Shown in pieces: positions 47,422 to 58,898 of a DNA stretch of 64,000 bases. This DNA is from an uncultured Actinomycetes bacterium (GTDB lineage: Bacteria; Actinomycetota; Thermoleophilia; Gaiellales; Gaiellaceae), in the NCBI GenBank assembly GCA_963715075.1, contig CAVQRA010000004.1, forward strand, positions 601,555-665,554. Reading direction: 5' to 3'. The notes under the pieces are model-generated. The model had not been told where the DNA came from. It searched no databases and saw nothing but the letters and a program-made list of their open reading frames with translations. Position 1 is the first letter of the stretch; every line of letters starts with the position of its first letter. The translations under genes and the position numbers were made by a program.

Positions 47422-48084
47422 ATGAAGCACAAGCCGGAGCTCACGCGAGCCGCCGAGGACTTCCTCAAGGCCGTCCTGGAGTTCGAGCAGGCGCACGAGC
47501 GGGCGACGACGAAGGCGCTCGCCGAGCGGCTGGACGTCAGCGCGCCCACGGTCACGCTGATGGCGAAGCGCCTGGACGAGCGAGGGCTCGTGCTGCGGAC
47601 GCCGTACCGGGGCGTCACGCTGAGCGACCGGGGAAGGCTCCTGGCGCTCGAGGTGCTGCGCCACCATCGCCTGCTCGAGCGCTACCTGGTGGAGACGCTA
47701 GGGATGAAGCTCGACGAGGTCCACGCCGAGGCCGAGCGGCTCGAGCACCTGCTCTCAGACGCCCTGGAGGAGCGGATCGACGCGGTCCTCGGCTACCCGA
47801 CGCACGACCCGCACGGTGAGCCGATCCCCGATCGCGAGCTGCGCCTCGCGGAGCCGGACACCCGGAACCTCTCGAGCCTCGAGCCGGGTGAGCGGTCGAC
47901 GGTGACCCGCGTCCCGGGTCGCGACGCCGCGCTGCTGCGCTACCTCGCCGAGATAGGGCTGGTCCCAGGCGCGACCGTCGCGGTGGTCGTGCAGGCGCCC
48001 TTCGGCGGGCCGGTCACCGTGCGCACCGATGACGGCCAGCACGCGCTCGCACGCGACGTCGCCGCGGTGATCGCGGTCGCCTGA
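47422..48084 (+). CDS. DtxR/MntR family metal-dependent regulator with FeoA domain
   Basis: EDFLKA, LDVSAPTVT, RHHRLLE, EAERLEH, THDPHGEPIP, APFGGP. Confidence 0.92.
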   Translation: MKHKPELTRAAEDFLKAVLEFEQAHERATTKALAERLDVSAPTVTLMAKRLDERGLVLRTPYRGVTLSDRGRLLALEVLRHHRLLERYLVETLGMKLDEVHAEAERLEHLLSDALEERIDAVLGYPTHDPHGEPIPDRELRLAEPDTRNLSSLEPGERSTVTRVPGRDAALLRYLAEIGLVPGATVAVVVQAPFGGPVTVRTDDGQHALARDVAAVIAVA

Positions 48085-48127
48085 GCGGTCGCTCTCGCGC
48101 GGTCGCCTCACCCGAGGGCCCGTGCTG

Positions 48128-48682
48128 CTACCGGGCGAGCTCCCAGGCGAGGTGGCTCAGCTCCGGCTCGATCAAACGCTCCCACGCGAGCGCCACGGCC
48201 TTCGGCGACCCGGGGGTCGAGATCACCACCGAGCCCCGGAACGTCCCGGCCGTCGCGCGGGACAGCATCGCCGCGGCGCCGACCTGCTCCCAGCTCAGCA
48301 TCCGGAACAGCTCCCCGAACCCCGGCAGCGTCTTCTCGAGCATCCCCGCGAGCGCGTCGAACGTGCTGTCGCGGCGGGAGATGCCCGTGCCGCCGTTCAC
48401 GAGCACGATCCGCGCAGCGCCCGCGAGCTCCTCGACGACGGCCCGCACGGTCTCGGGATCGTCCGGGACGACCCGGTACCCGGTCACGGCGGCGCCGGCT
48501 GCGGCGACGCGCTCGCGGAGGTAGTCGCCGTTCACGTCGGTCTCGGGGGTGCGGGTGTCGCTCACGGTCACGATCCCGACGGTCACCTCCGTCGCCTCGG
48601 CAGCGGCCCGGTGCGCGTCGCTGCTCACCCGGCCTCGAGCCTCCGGGCCGACCGCCGCGCGCCCGCTCGTGTTCGCGTCCAC
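48128..48682 (-). CDS. moaB: molybdenum cofactor biosynthesis protein MoaB/MogA
   Basis: [43 protein letters not shown]. Confidence 0.88.
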   Translation of the reverse strand: MDANTSGRAAVGPEARGRVSSDAHRAAAEATEVTVGIVTVSDTRTPETDVNGDYLRERVAAAGAAVTGYRVVPDDPETVRAVVEELAGAARIVLVNGGTGISRRDSTFDALAGMLEKTLPGFGELFRMLSWEQVGAAAMLSRATAGTFRGSVVISTPGSPKAVALAWERLIEPELSHLAWELAR

Positions 48683-48721
48683 CCATGCGGCGGATCCTAC
48701 GCATCGCTACTCTCCGCGGCC

Positions 48722-50303
48722 GTGAGCGAAGCAGCAGCCGTCGTCGCACGGGCCGAGGGGATCCTCCGGCCGCTCCTGGTCGAGGCCGCGCTCGCGTCGT
48801 GGGCGGTCAACGTCGAGGCGACCGAGGAGCACGCGCAGCGCCGCGTCGCGACCGACGTCGCCCTCTCGGACGTGCTCGCCGACCCCGACCTCTTCGCCGC
48901 GGTCGAGCGGGCACGCGGGCTCGGGCGAGCCGTCGGTCGAGCGTCAGCTCGAGCTGCTGCGGGCCTCGATGCTGACCCGACAGGTGCCGGACGGAGCTCC
49001 GGCACCGGATCATCGGGCTCGCGTCCCGGGTCGAGTCCCGGTTCGCCCGGCATCGTGGGGTCGTCGGCGGACGGAGCGTCTCCGACAACGAGATCCTCGC
49101 GATCCTCCGCGCCGCCGACGACGAGGCGCTCGATGACGGAGGCCTGGCAGCGCGTCCAAGACGATCGGCGCCGAGGTCGCCGACGACGTCCGAGAGCTCG
49201 CCCGCCTGCGCAACGAGGCGGCGCGTGGCCTCGGCGAGCGCGACTGGTTCGCGCTCTCGCTGGCGGCGGACGAGATGTCCGAGGAGCGCCTCCTCGCCAC
49301 GCTCGCAGACGTGGAGGCCGCCACGGACGCCCCGTTCCGCGCCTGGAAGGCGTCGACCGACGCGCGGCTCGCCGAGCGCTTCGGGTGCGCGCCCGACGAC
49401 CTGCGGCCGTGGCACTACGCCGATCCGTTCTTCCAGGAGGTGCCGCCCTCCGGCGGCGTCGATCTCGACCCGCTGCTCGCGGGCAAGGACGTCGTCGAGC
49501 TCGCCGCACCGGACGTTCGCGGGGATCGGGCTCGAGGCTCGAGGCCGTCCTCGCGCGCTCCGACCTGTTCCCGCGCGCAGGCAAGTGCCAGCACGCCTTC
49601 TGCATCGACGTCGACCGCGCCGGCGACGTCCGGGTGCTCGCGAACGTGCAGCACGACGCGAAGTGGGCGGACACGATGCTCCACGAGCTCGGGCATGCGG
49701 CCTACGACCGCGGGTTCGACCCTGGGCTGCCGTTCCTCCTGCGGGACACCCACCTGACCCTGACCGAGGGCGATCGCGATCCTGATGGGCGGGCTCGCGT
49801 GCGAGCCGGCGTGGCTCGTCGGCGTCGCTGGGATCGATCCGACGCGAGGTGGCCGCGATCGAGGAGTCGCTCGCGCGCGGCCCGCGTCGCCGAGCGCGTC
49901 CTCTTCGCGCGCTGGGTGCTCGTGATGACGACGTTCGAGCGTGCGCTGTACGCCGACCCGGACGGCGACCTCGACACCCGCTGGTGGGAGCTCGTCGAGC
50001 GCTACCAGGGCCTCCGCCGCCCGGACGCGCCCGCCGGCGGACGCCTGGGCGTCGAAGATCCACCTCGGCTGCGCGCCCGTCTACTACCACACGTACCTGT
50101 ACGGCCATCTCGTCGCGGCACAGCTTCGCGCGCCGCTCGCCCGCGAGGCCGGTGGCCTGCTCGGCGCCCGGCGGCGGGCGCGCTCCTGCAGGAGCGGCTG
50201 TTCGCGGCACGGGCGAGTCCCTGCGCTGGGATCGCCTGCTCGAGCAGCGCGACCGGCTCGCCGCTCGTCGGAGGAGCACTTCGCGGCCGAGATCGCCGGC
50301 TGA
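48722..50303 (+). CDS. M2/M3-type zinc metallopeptidase (peptidyl-dipeptidase-like), frameshifted
   Basis: LRNEAAR, PWHYADPFFQE, HAFCIDVDR, TMLHELGH (HExxH), LTEG, WWELVERYQG, PVYYHTY. Confidence 0.85.
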
Positions 50304-50384
50304 GGCCGCCGCCCGGAGCTCGCACAGGCGCTCCCTGGCCTGTGGGTTGATCCGGCACAGCCTCGACGGACGTACGCCTTCCCG

Positions 50385-52468
50385 ATGACCGCGCTCGCGA
50401 ACATCGTCTCCGGACACCGCTCCAGTGGCGCGGTGCTCGCCGTCTGGATCGTGGTCGTCGCGGCGCTCGGCCCGCTTCGCGGGGAAGTTCGAGAGCGCCC
50501 AGCAGAACGACCCGGCGAGCTTCCTGCCCGGCGACGCGGAGTCGGTGAGCGTGCTCGAGGCCGGATGCCGGGTTCGGCGACTCCGACCCGACGATCGCGA
50601 CCGTCGTCTTCCGGAACGCCGAAGGGCTCGACCGCCGAGGACCGGGCCGCGGTGGAGGAGGTGCGCGCCGAGCTCGCCGCGAGCGAGCGTCGCCGGCCTC
50701 GGCGACCCTGCGCCGGCGATCCCGTCGGCGGACGGCAAGGCGCTGCTCGTGAACGTCCCGATCGACGCGAACGACGACATCGAGGTGCTCGTCGACGGCG
50801 GTCGACGAGATCCGCGCGACGCTCGAGACGACGCTCCCGGCCGACGCTCGAGGCAAGCGTCACCGGGCCGGCGGGCTTCTCGGCGGACGCCACGGCGGTC
50901 TTCGAGGGCATCAACTCGACGCTGCTCTACTCGGCCGCGCTGCTCGTCTTCGTGCTGCTGGTGATCATCTACCGCAGCCCGATCTTCTGGGTCTTCCCGC
51001 TGCTCGCGGTGTTCTTCGCCGAGAGCGTGGTGCGTGGCCTCGGCTACCTGCTCGCCTCGTCGGGCGTCGTCATCAACGGGCAGGTCGGCGGGATCCTGCT
51101 CGATCCTCGTCTTCGGCGCGGGCACGGACTACGCGCTCCTCCTCACGGCGCGCTACCGGGAGGAGCTGCGTCGCGTCGAGGACAAGCACGAGGCGATGCG
51201 CATCGCCGTGCGCCAGGCCGCGCCGGCGATCCTCGCGTCGGCCGGCACCGTCGTCGCCGCGCTCCTCTGCCTGATGGTCGCGGAGGTCAACACGACCGCC
51301 GGCCTCGGCCCGGTCGGGGCGATGGGGATCGCCGTCGCGGCGATCGCGATGCTGACGGTCCTCCCGGCCCTGCTCCTGATCGGCGGGCGTCGCGCGTTCT
51401 GGCCCTTCGTCCCGCGCTACGGCTCCGAGGACACGGCTGCACGTGGCGCGTGGCTGCGGCTCGGCCGCTGGATCGAGCCGCGCCACCGGCGGGTGTGGAT
51501 CGGCACGACGCTCGCTGCTCGGGGCGCTGTCGCTCGGCGCGCTCACGCTCGACGACGAGCTCGACGAGCTCGAACGGGTTCCGCGGCTCGGTCGAGTCGG
51601 TGCAGGGCCAGGCGATCCTCGAGCAGTCGTTCCCGGCCGGCGCGAGCGCGCCGACGACCGTGCTCGTCCTGCCCGGCGGTGACGTCGACGCGGCGCTCGA
51701 GGCGGCGCGCGCGTCGTCCGTGGTCGCGTAGGTCGGCGAGCCCGAGACCGGCGACGCCGGGGACGCGGTTCGCGGTCACGCTCACGTCCGACCCGTTCTC
51801 GAAGCCCGGATTCGAGTCGATCGAGCCGCTCCGCGACGATCTCCGCGCGGCCGCGGGCGACGCGGTGCTCGTCGGCGGGCCGACCGCCGAGGAGGCCGAC
51901 GTGCGCGCCGCGAACGAGCGCGACACGCGCGTGCTCGTGCCGCTCGTCCTGCTCGTCGTCTTCGCGATCCTCGTCGCTGCTGCTGCGCGCGCTCGTCTCG
52001 CCGCGTCGTCCTGATGGCTCGCGGTCGTGCTCTCGTTCTTCGCGGCGATCGGCGTCAGCCTGGTCGGGTTCGAGCTCTTCACGGACTTCCCCGGCGAGGA
52101 TCCGAGCTACGCGCTGTACGCGTTCATCTTCCTCGTCGCGCTCGGGCGTCGACTACAGCATCTTCCTGATGGCCCGCGTCCGCGAGGAGGCGCAGCCGCT
52201 GTCGACCCGCGAGGCGATGCTCAAGGGGCTCGCGGTGACGGGCGGCGTGATCACCTCGGCCGGCATCGTGCTCGCCGGGACGTTCCTCGTGCTCGCGGTG
52301 CTCCCGCTCGTGGCGCTCACGCAGCTCGGGGTCACGGTCGCGGTCGGCGTGCTGATCGACACGCTGATCGTCCGCTCGATCCTCGTCCCCGCGGTGACGT
52401 TCGACCTCGGCGAGCGGACGTGGTGGCCGTCGCGGCTCGGTCGAGGGGAGCGGCCCCCGAGCGACTGA
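50385..52468 (+). CDS. MMPL/RND family transporter, frameshifted with an in-frame TAG near 51729
   Basis: VTGPAGF, IYRSP, FGAGTDYALLL.ARYREE, LVGGPTA, VDYSIFLMARVREE, TGGVITSAG, DTLIVRSILVP. Confidence 0.88.
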
Positions 52469-52540
52469 TCCGCTCCTCCCGGCCGCGCTCGTGGGTGGTC
52501 GGCGCTTGCGCGGCGGCGGGGACGTGGCGATGATCGAGCG

Positions 52541-53022
52541 ATGGCGTCCGTCCTCAACCACGTCAGCGTCGTCGCCCGTGACCTCGAGACGTCGCGGCGC
52601 TTCTACGTCGACGAGCTCGGGCTCGTGGAGCTCCCGACGCCGGCGTTCGACCTGCCGACGCTGTGGCTCGCGGCCGGAGACGGCGGCCAGGTGCACCTGT
52701 TCGAGCGACCGGGCGAGCCCTCCTCCCACGGCCACTTCGCGCTGGAGATCGACGGTGCCGACTTCGTCGCGACCTACGATCGGATGGAGGCGCTGGGCGC
52801 GCTCGACGCCGGCACGTTCGGCAGCGCCGTCTACGAGCTCCCTGACGGCGCTCTCCAGCTCTACGTCCGTGATCCCGCCGGGAACCTCGTCGAGCTCAAC
52901 TGCCGCGACGCGGGCGGGCATCCCGCGCGACGAGGTCCCCGTCGTCCGCCTCGCCGACCTCCGGCCGCAGGAGGGCGACGCCGCCCGCGCGACGCTCTGG
53001 CACCGGGGCCGGGACGGGCTAG
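52541..53022 (+). CDS. VOC family protein
   Basis: LNHVSV, RRFYVDELGL, QVHL, HFAL, YVRDPAGNLVELN. Confidence 0.85.
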
Positions 53023-53941
53023 CCGGAGCGCGGCCCGGCGGCCCGGTCGCTCGCCCCGGCGCCGCCCGCCGCCGGCTCGTCCGGGCGCTGCCGGCCGAGA
53101 GCTCGAGCTCGAGCTCGTCGAGCGCGCGCCGCAGGAGCGCGATCCGCTCGACGACGGGCGCGCTGGCGTCCGGGTCGACGCCACGCGGGCTCTCCGCGAC
53201 GCCCAGCCGCTCGCGCACCGCCTTGCGCCGCTCCGCCTCGCGCGCCTCCTCCATCGAGTTGAGCACGATCCCGATGAGGACGTTGATGACGATGAAGGCC
53301 GCGATCATGACGAAGCTGACGAAGTAGATCCACGACCACGGGTAGCACCTCCATGCCCGCGTCCATGTAGGTCGGGAAGTTCTCGAGCGTCAGCATCACG
53401 AAGAGCGTCAGCATCGCCCGCCCGATGTCCCCCACTGCTCCGGGCATCTCGTCGGCGAAGAGCAGCCAGCCGATCATCCCGTAGACGAAGAGGAGCAGCC
53501 GCGGTGACGAGCCGCGATCGAGAAGCAGCGGCGGGATCGACCGCTAGACCCCGCTCAGGAGCACGCGCACGTCGGGGAGCAGGCGGACGACGCGCATCAG
53601 CCGCGCGAGCCGCACGAGCCGCAGCAGCGTCGCGTTCTCGCGGACGCCGGGCATGAAGCCGATGCCGATCACGACGAAGTCGAAGATGTTCCAGCCGTGC
53701 GGAAGAACGTTCCAGCGGGCGCAGGCAGGTACGAGGCGATGCGCAGCAGCAGCTCGATCACGAAGATCACGAAGCAGACGTCGTTGATCCCGTGGAGCAG
53801 GTCGCCGAAGCTCTCGTCGAGGCTCGGGTAGGTCGACAGACCGAGCACGATCGCGTTGATGAGGATCACCGAGACGATCACCCCCGTGAAGGCGGACGAG
53901 TCGACGAGGTTGGCGATCCGGTTCCGCGGCACGGTCTGCAT
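53019..53941 (-). CDS. voltage-gated ion channel (BacNav-like, 6TM), frameshifted
   Basis: ILINAIVLGL, IFVIELLLRI, WNIFDFVVI, S4 LLRLVRLARLMRVVR, pore LTLFVMLTLENFP, S6 FIVINVLIGIVLNSM, coiled-coil tail. Confidence 0.85.
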
Positions 53942-54029
53942 CCGTGTACGAATACCCGTCGCCGCGACCGCCGTGTCGCGCCGGTGGTGGCTGCGCGCGG
54001 CACCTCGGTGGATGAGGGCGGCGCGGCGC

Positions 54030-54778
54030 TCAGTCCGCGATCGCGTACTGCGCTGCGACGTCGGCATCAGGTACGCCGCGGAGGGCGAGCCGGCCGGCGT
54101 GAAGATCCCGAGCACCACGAGCTCGTGCTCGGGATCGAGGTTCTCGACGATGTGCACCTCACGCGGGTGGAGCCGGAACACCGATCCGTGGCCGAGCGGC
54201 TCGACGGCGTCGCCGATGTGAAGCCGACCCGTCCCGCGCAGCACCCAGACGATCTCGTCGTACAGGTGGTAGTGCCACGGCGCCTTGCCCGGGCGGGATG
54301 TAGCCGATGAACGCCGTGCCGCGGGTCGACCCGTTGGTCGGCCCGTGCATCACCTGGAACGAGCGGGCGCCCGTCGCGGTGCCGGGCTCGACGTGCGCCA
54401 GCTCGACGACGGGCTCGACCGGGCCGATCGGCGCGTGCAGGTCGGTGTCGGCGCCGAGCGTGGTGCGGACCGCGAGCAGGCCGCTCTCGCGCCGCGCGCA
54501 GCGTCGCGTCCGTCCCGGCGGCGACGAGGAGCGAGCAGGCTCCGGCGATCGCGTGCTCTGCCCCGATCCCGTCGCCAGCTCCCCGGAGCCGTCGTGGACG
54601 AACAGCGAGCGTGTCGTGGGCGGTCGTCGCGCAGGTCGAGCGACGCGTGGGCGGCCAGCGCCAGCGCGTCGCAGGCGAGCTCGGATCCGCGCTCGGGCGG
54701 CACGAGCAGGTGGCGGGTCACCCCGGCCCCGAGGCTCGTCGCCTCCACGGTCTCCCGCGTCGAAACCCGTCCACCCAT
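54030..54778 (-). CDS. bicupin-like protein, frameshifted
   Basis: PWHYHLYDEIVWVLRGTG...PREVHIVEN, GIFTPAGSPSAAY. Confidence 0.7.
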
Positions 54779-54864
54779 CGCGGCGATCGTACGCCGCCCG
54801 GCGCCCGGGCGCCGGGGCAACCGTCGCGTCGGGCCGGTGCGGGCTCGACGGTAGCCTGGGGGCG

Positions 54865-55632
54865 ATGTCGCTCGATCCGGCCAGGCTCGACCGTCTTCGC
54901 ACAGGGAACCTCTCCCTTGCGGCGATCCACGCGGCACAGGCCGTCGCGATCCTCGTCCTCTCGAACGACTTCTCGCTGCCCGTCACCGGCTCGTTCCTCT
55001 CCGGCCCGCCTGGCGTGACCGATCCGGGCGCCCCCGAGCTCCTGTTCGGGCTGCCGCTCGGGCCTGCCGTCGCCGCGTTTCTCCTGCTCGCGGCGCTCGA
55101 TCACCTGCTCGTCGCGCTCCCGCCGGTCCGCGCCTGGTACGAGCGGAACCTCGCGCGCGGCATCGGCCCGGCCCGGTGGCTCGAGTACTCGCTCAGCGCG
55201 TCGCTGATGGTCGTCCTGATCGCGATGCTGACAGGCGTCTCCGACCTCGGGGCGTTGATCGCGGTCTTCGGCGTCAACGCCGCGATGATCCTCTTCGGGT
55301 GGCTCTCCGAGCGAGCCAACGAGGAGCGCGGGACCCCCGACTGGCACCCGTTCGTGTTCGGGTGCGTCGCAGGGATCGTCCCGTGGATCGTGATCATCTA
55401 CTCGATCGTCGGGGCGGTCGTCCAGGGCAATGCGCCGCCGACCTTCGTCTACGTGATCTTCGTGACGCTGTTCGTCCTGTTCAACAGCTTCGGAGTCAAC
55501 CAGGCGCTCCAGCTCGCATCGATCGGTCGTTGGCGCGACCGGCTGTTCGTGGAGTGGGGCTACCTCGCGCTGAGCCTGATCGCGAAGAGCCTGCTCGCGT
55601 GGCAGGTGTTCGCGAACACGCTGATCGGCTGA
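54865..55632 (+). CDS. heliorhodopsin
   Basis: [25 protein letters not shown] (counterion Glu), [32 protein letters not shown] (retinal Lys); TAGCCT -10 box 7 nt upstream. Confidence 0.95.
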   Translation: MSLDPARLDRLRTGNLSLAAIHAAQAVAILVLSNDFSLPVTGSFLSGPPGVTDPGAPELLFGLPLGPAVAAFLLLAALDHLLVALPPVRAWYERNLARGIGPARWLEYSLSASLMVVLIAMLTGVSDLGALIAVFGVNAAMILFGWLSERANEERGTPDWHPFVFGCVAGIVPWIVIIYSIVGAVVQGNAPPTFVYVIFVTLFVLFNSFGVNQALQLASIGRWRDRLFVEWGYLALSLIAKSLLAWQVFANTLIG

Positions 55633-55720
55633 GCTCTGCGCGCTCCTCGCCGCCCGATCCGGCCGGCGGCGACGGCGGTCGGATGGCGGTGGGAGGCCGA
55701 CTTGCGGCTACCCTCGACCG

Positions 55721-57561
55721 GTGATCGGTCGCGAGGACATCAGGAACGTCGCCATCGTGGCGCACGTCGACCACGGCAAGACGACGCTCGTCGACGCGAT
55801 GCTCTGGCAGTCGGGCTCCTTCCGGGAGAACCAGGACGTCGCCGAGCGCGTGATGGACTCGATGGACCTCGAGCGCGAGAAGGGCATCACGATCCTCGCC
55901 AAGAACACGGCCGTCCGCTACGGCGACGGTCGAAGATCAACATCGTCGACACGCCGGGCCACGCCGACTTCGGCGGTGAGGTCGAGCGCGGGCTGCGCAT
56001 GGTCGACGGCGTGCTGCTCCTCGTCGACGCGAGCGAGGGGCCGCTGCCGCAGACGCGCTTCGTGCTGCGCAAGGCGCTCGAGGCGCGCCTCCGCGTGATC
56101 CTCGTCGTGAACAAGGTCGACCGGCCCGACGCGCGTGTCGCAGGAGGTCGTGAACGAGGTCTACGAGCTGTTCCTCGACCTCGACGCCGACGAGAGCCAG
56201 ATCGAGTTCCCGATCGTCTACTGCAACGCGAAGGCGGGCCGCGCCGGGCTCGAGCCGGACGGTCTCGACGACGACCTGCGCCCGCTCTTCGAGCTGCTCC
56301 TCGCGACGATCCCTGCACCCCTCTACGAGGAGGGGCACCCGCTGCAGGCGCTCGTCACGAACCTCGACGCGTCGCCGTACGTCGGCCGGCTCGCGATCTG
56401 CCGCGTCCGCAACGGGACGATCGCGAAGGGCCAGCAGGTCGCCTGGTGCCGCGCGGACGGCACGGTCGAGCGCGCGCAGGTGACGGAGCTCTACGTGACG
56501 GAGGCGCTCGATCGCGTCGACGCCGCGGAGGCCGGGCCGGGCGACATCGTCGCGGTCGCGGGCATCCCCGAGGTGACGATCGGCGAGACGCTCGCCGACC
56601 TCGACGATCCGCGCCCGCTGCCGGTCGAGCAGGTCGACGAGCCGTCGCTCTCGATGACGGTCGGCATCAACACCTCGCCGCTCGCGGGGCTCGAGGGGTC
56701 GAGGCTGACCGCCAGCCAGGTGAAGAGCAGGCTCGACGCCGAGCTGATCGGGAACGTCTCGCTCCGGGTGCTGCCCGACGGAGCGGCCGGACACGTGGGA
56801 GGTGCAGGGCCGCGGCGAGCTGCAGCTGGCGGTGCTCGTCGAGCTGATGCGGCGCGAGGGCTTCGAGCTGACGGTCGGCAAGCCGCAGGTCGTGACGCCG
56901 GAGGTCGACGGCAAGGTGCACGAGCCGGTCGAGCGCCTCGCGATCGACGCGCCGGAGGAGTACATCGGCGTGCTCACCCAGCTGCTCGCGCTGCGCAAGG
57001 GCCGGATGGAGCAGATGGTCAACCACGGCACCGGCTGGGTGCGGCTCGAGTACCTCGTCCCGGCGCGCGCGCCTGATCGGGTTCCGCACCGAGTTCCTCA
57101 CCGAGACGCGCGGCACCGGGATCCTCCACCACGTCTTCGACCGCTACGAGCCCTGGTACGGCGAGCTGCGGACCCGGCCGAGCGGCTCGCTCGTCGCCGA
57201 CCGGCAGGGGCCGACCACGGGGTTCGCGATCTCGAACCTGCAGGAGCGCGGGCACGCTGTTCGTCGCGCCCGGGCGTCGGCGTCTACGAGGGGATGATCG
57301 TCGGCGAGAACGCGCGCTCCGAGGACATGGACGTGAACGCGACCAAGGAGAAGAAGCTCACCAACATGCGCGCGTCGACCTCGGACGAGCTCGTGCGCCT
57401 GATCCCGCCGCGTCCGCTCTCGCTCGAGCAGGCGCTCGAGTTCATCCGCGAGGACGAGTGCGTCGAGGTGACGCCCGACGTCGATCCGGCTGCGCAAGGT
57501 CGAGCTGTCCGCCTCGAAGCGCCAGCAGGCGTCGAGCCGCAAGGCGCGCGGGCTCGCCTGA
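55721..57561 (+). CDS. typA: translational GTPase TypA/BipA (frameshifted)
   Basis: [68 protein letters not shown]. Confidence 0.95.
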
Positions 57562-57702
57562 GCCTCCGGGCCTGGCATCGGCGGCCGGAGCGAGACCGAG
57601 GATGGGCCGGACCCCTCGAAGGCGCACGGTCTCTGCGGAGGGATCCCCGTCGATCGCATAGGATCGTGCCGAGACGAGGCTACTGAGGCGAAGGAGCGGG
57701 CG

Positions 57703-58242
57703 ATGAGGTTCGGGATTGCGGTTCTGGCGGTGCTGGTCGTGACGATCGTCGCTGCAGGGTGCGGAGGCGACGAGGAGACCTCCGCCTCTCCGAGCACGGA
57801 GTGGGCCGACGGCGTGTGCCAGGCGCTCACGACCTGGAAGGACGCGGTCGCCGGTGTTCCCGACACGCTCAAGAACGACCCCACGAAGGACGGGCTCGAG
57901 CAGGCGGCGGGCGACGTCAAGGATGCGACCGAGACGCTCGCCTCCGATCTGAAGGGGCTCGGGAGGCCCGACACCGAGGCCGGCCAGGCGGCGCAGGACA
58001 CGCTCACGACGCTGGCGGACGAGCTCACCACGCAGGCCGACACGATCAAGACCACCGTCGAGGATGCCTCCGGGCTCGCGGGCCTGGCGCAGGCCGCTCC
58101 GACCGTCGTCTCGTCGCTCACGACGATGGGCACGGAGGTCAGCAGCGCGGTCAGCGACATCGAAGGACTCGACGGAGCCCAGGAGCTGAAGGACTCCTTC
58201 GCCCAGGCCGAGTCCTGCAGCGCCCTGCAGGGAGGGTCATGA
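57703..58242 (+). CDS. lipoprotein, helical
   Basis: Signal peptide with VAAG-C lipobox; EWADGVC motif and C-terminal Cys. Confidence 0.75.
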   Translation: MRFGIAVLAVLVVTIVAAGCGGDEETSASPSTEWADGVCQALTTWKDAVAGVPDTLKNDPTKDGLEQAAGDVKDATETLASDLKGLGRPDTEAGQAAQDTLTTLADELTTQADTIKTTVEDASGLAGLAQAAPTVVSSLTTMGTEVSSAVSDIEGLDGAQELKDSFAQAESCSALQGGS

Positions 58243-58880
58243 TGCGCGACCGCGAGTTCCTGGCGATCCCGGTGGTCGCTGTGGTGGCAGGGTTCGGGGC
58301 GGCGATGTTCTTCGCCGCGGACGCCGGGGTGTGGGCGTGGGTCGCGCTCGGCATCGCGGCGCTCGCGCTCGCGGTGCTCGTCTACGCGCTCGTCGCCCGG
58401 CGACACCGGCATCCCGAGCCCACCGAGGCGCCCCGGGTCGCTGCGGCAGCAGCTGCCGATCCGTCGATCCATCGAGTGCTCGTGGTCGCGGACGAGAGCT
58501 GCACGACCGACGGCTTCACGGACGTGGTGCGCTCACATGCCGGTGGGCGGGCGCTCGACGTGTACGTGATCGCTCCGTCGCTCGGCTCGCGCCTGGCGCG
58601 CTGGACCGGCGACGAGGGGGCCTACACGGAGGCCGACAGGCACCTCAACGACACGATCGGCGCGCTGCGGCGTGCCGGCCTTCCTGCCCGTGGGCGGATC
58701 GGCGCGCACGACCCGCTCCAGGCCGCGGACGACGCGCTGCGGGAGTTCCCTGCCGACGAGGTGCTCTTCGCCGTCCACGGCGCCGGCGCGGAGAACTGGC
58801 TCGAGCAGGGTGTCGTCGGTCTTGCCGCAGAGCGGTACGACGTGCCGGTCGGACACGTCGTCGTCGAGTCCGGCAGCTGA
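58239..58880 (+). CDS. membrane protein with USP-like C-terminal domain
   Basis: Two TM helices then RVLVVAD...GAHDPLQAADDALREFPADEV...NWLEQG...VPVGHVVV. Confidence 0.65.
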   Translation: MMRDREFLAIPVVAVVAGFGAAMFFAADAGVWAWVALGIAALALAVLVYALVARRHRHPEPTEAPRVAAAAAADPSIHRVLVVADESCTTDGFTDVVRSHAGGRALDVYVIAPSLGSRLARWTGDEGAYTEADRHLNDTIGALRRAGLPARGRIGAHDPLQAADDALREFPADEVLFAVHGAGAENWLEQGVVGLAAERYDVPVGHVVVESGS

Positions 58881-58898
58881 CCCTCCGCGGGGCTCGCG

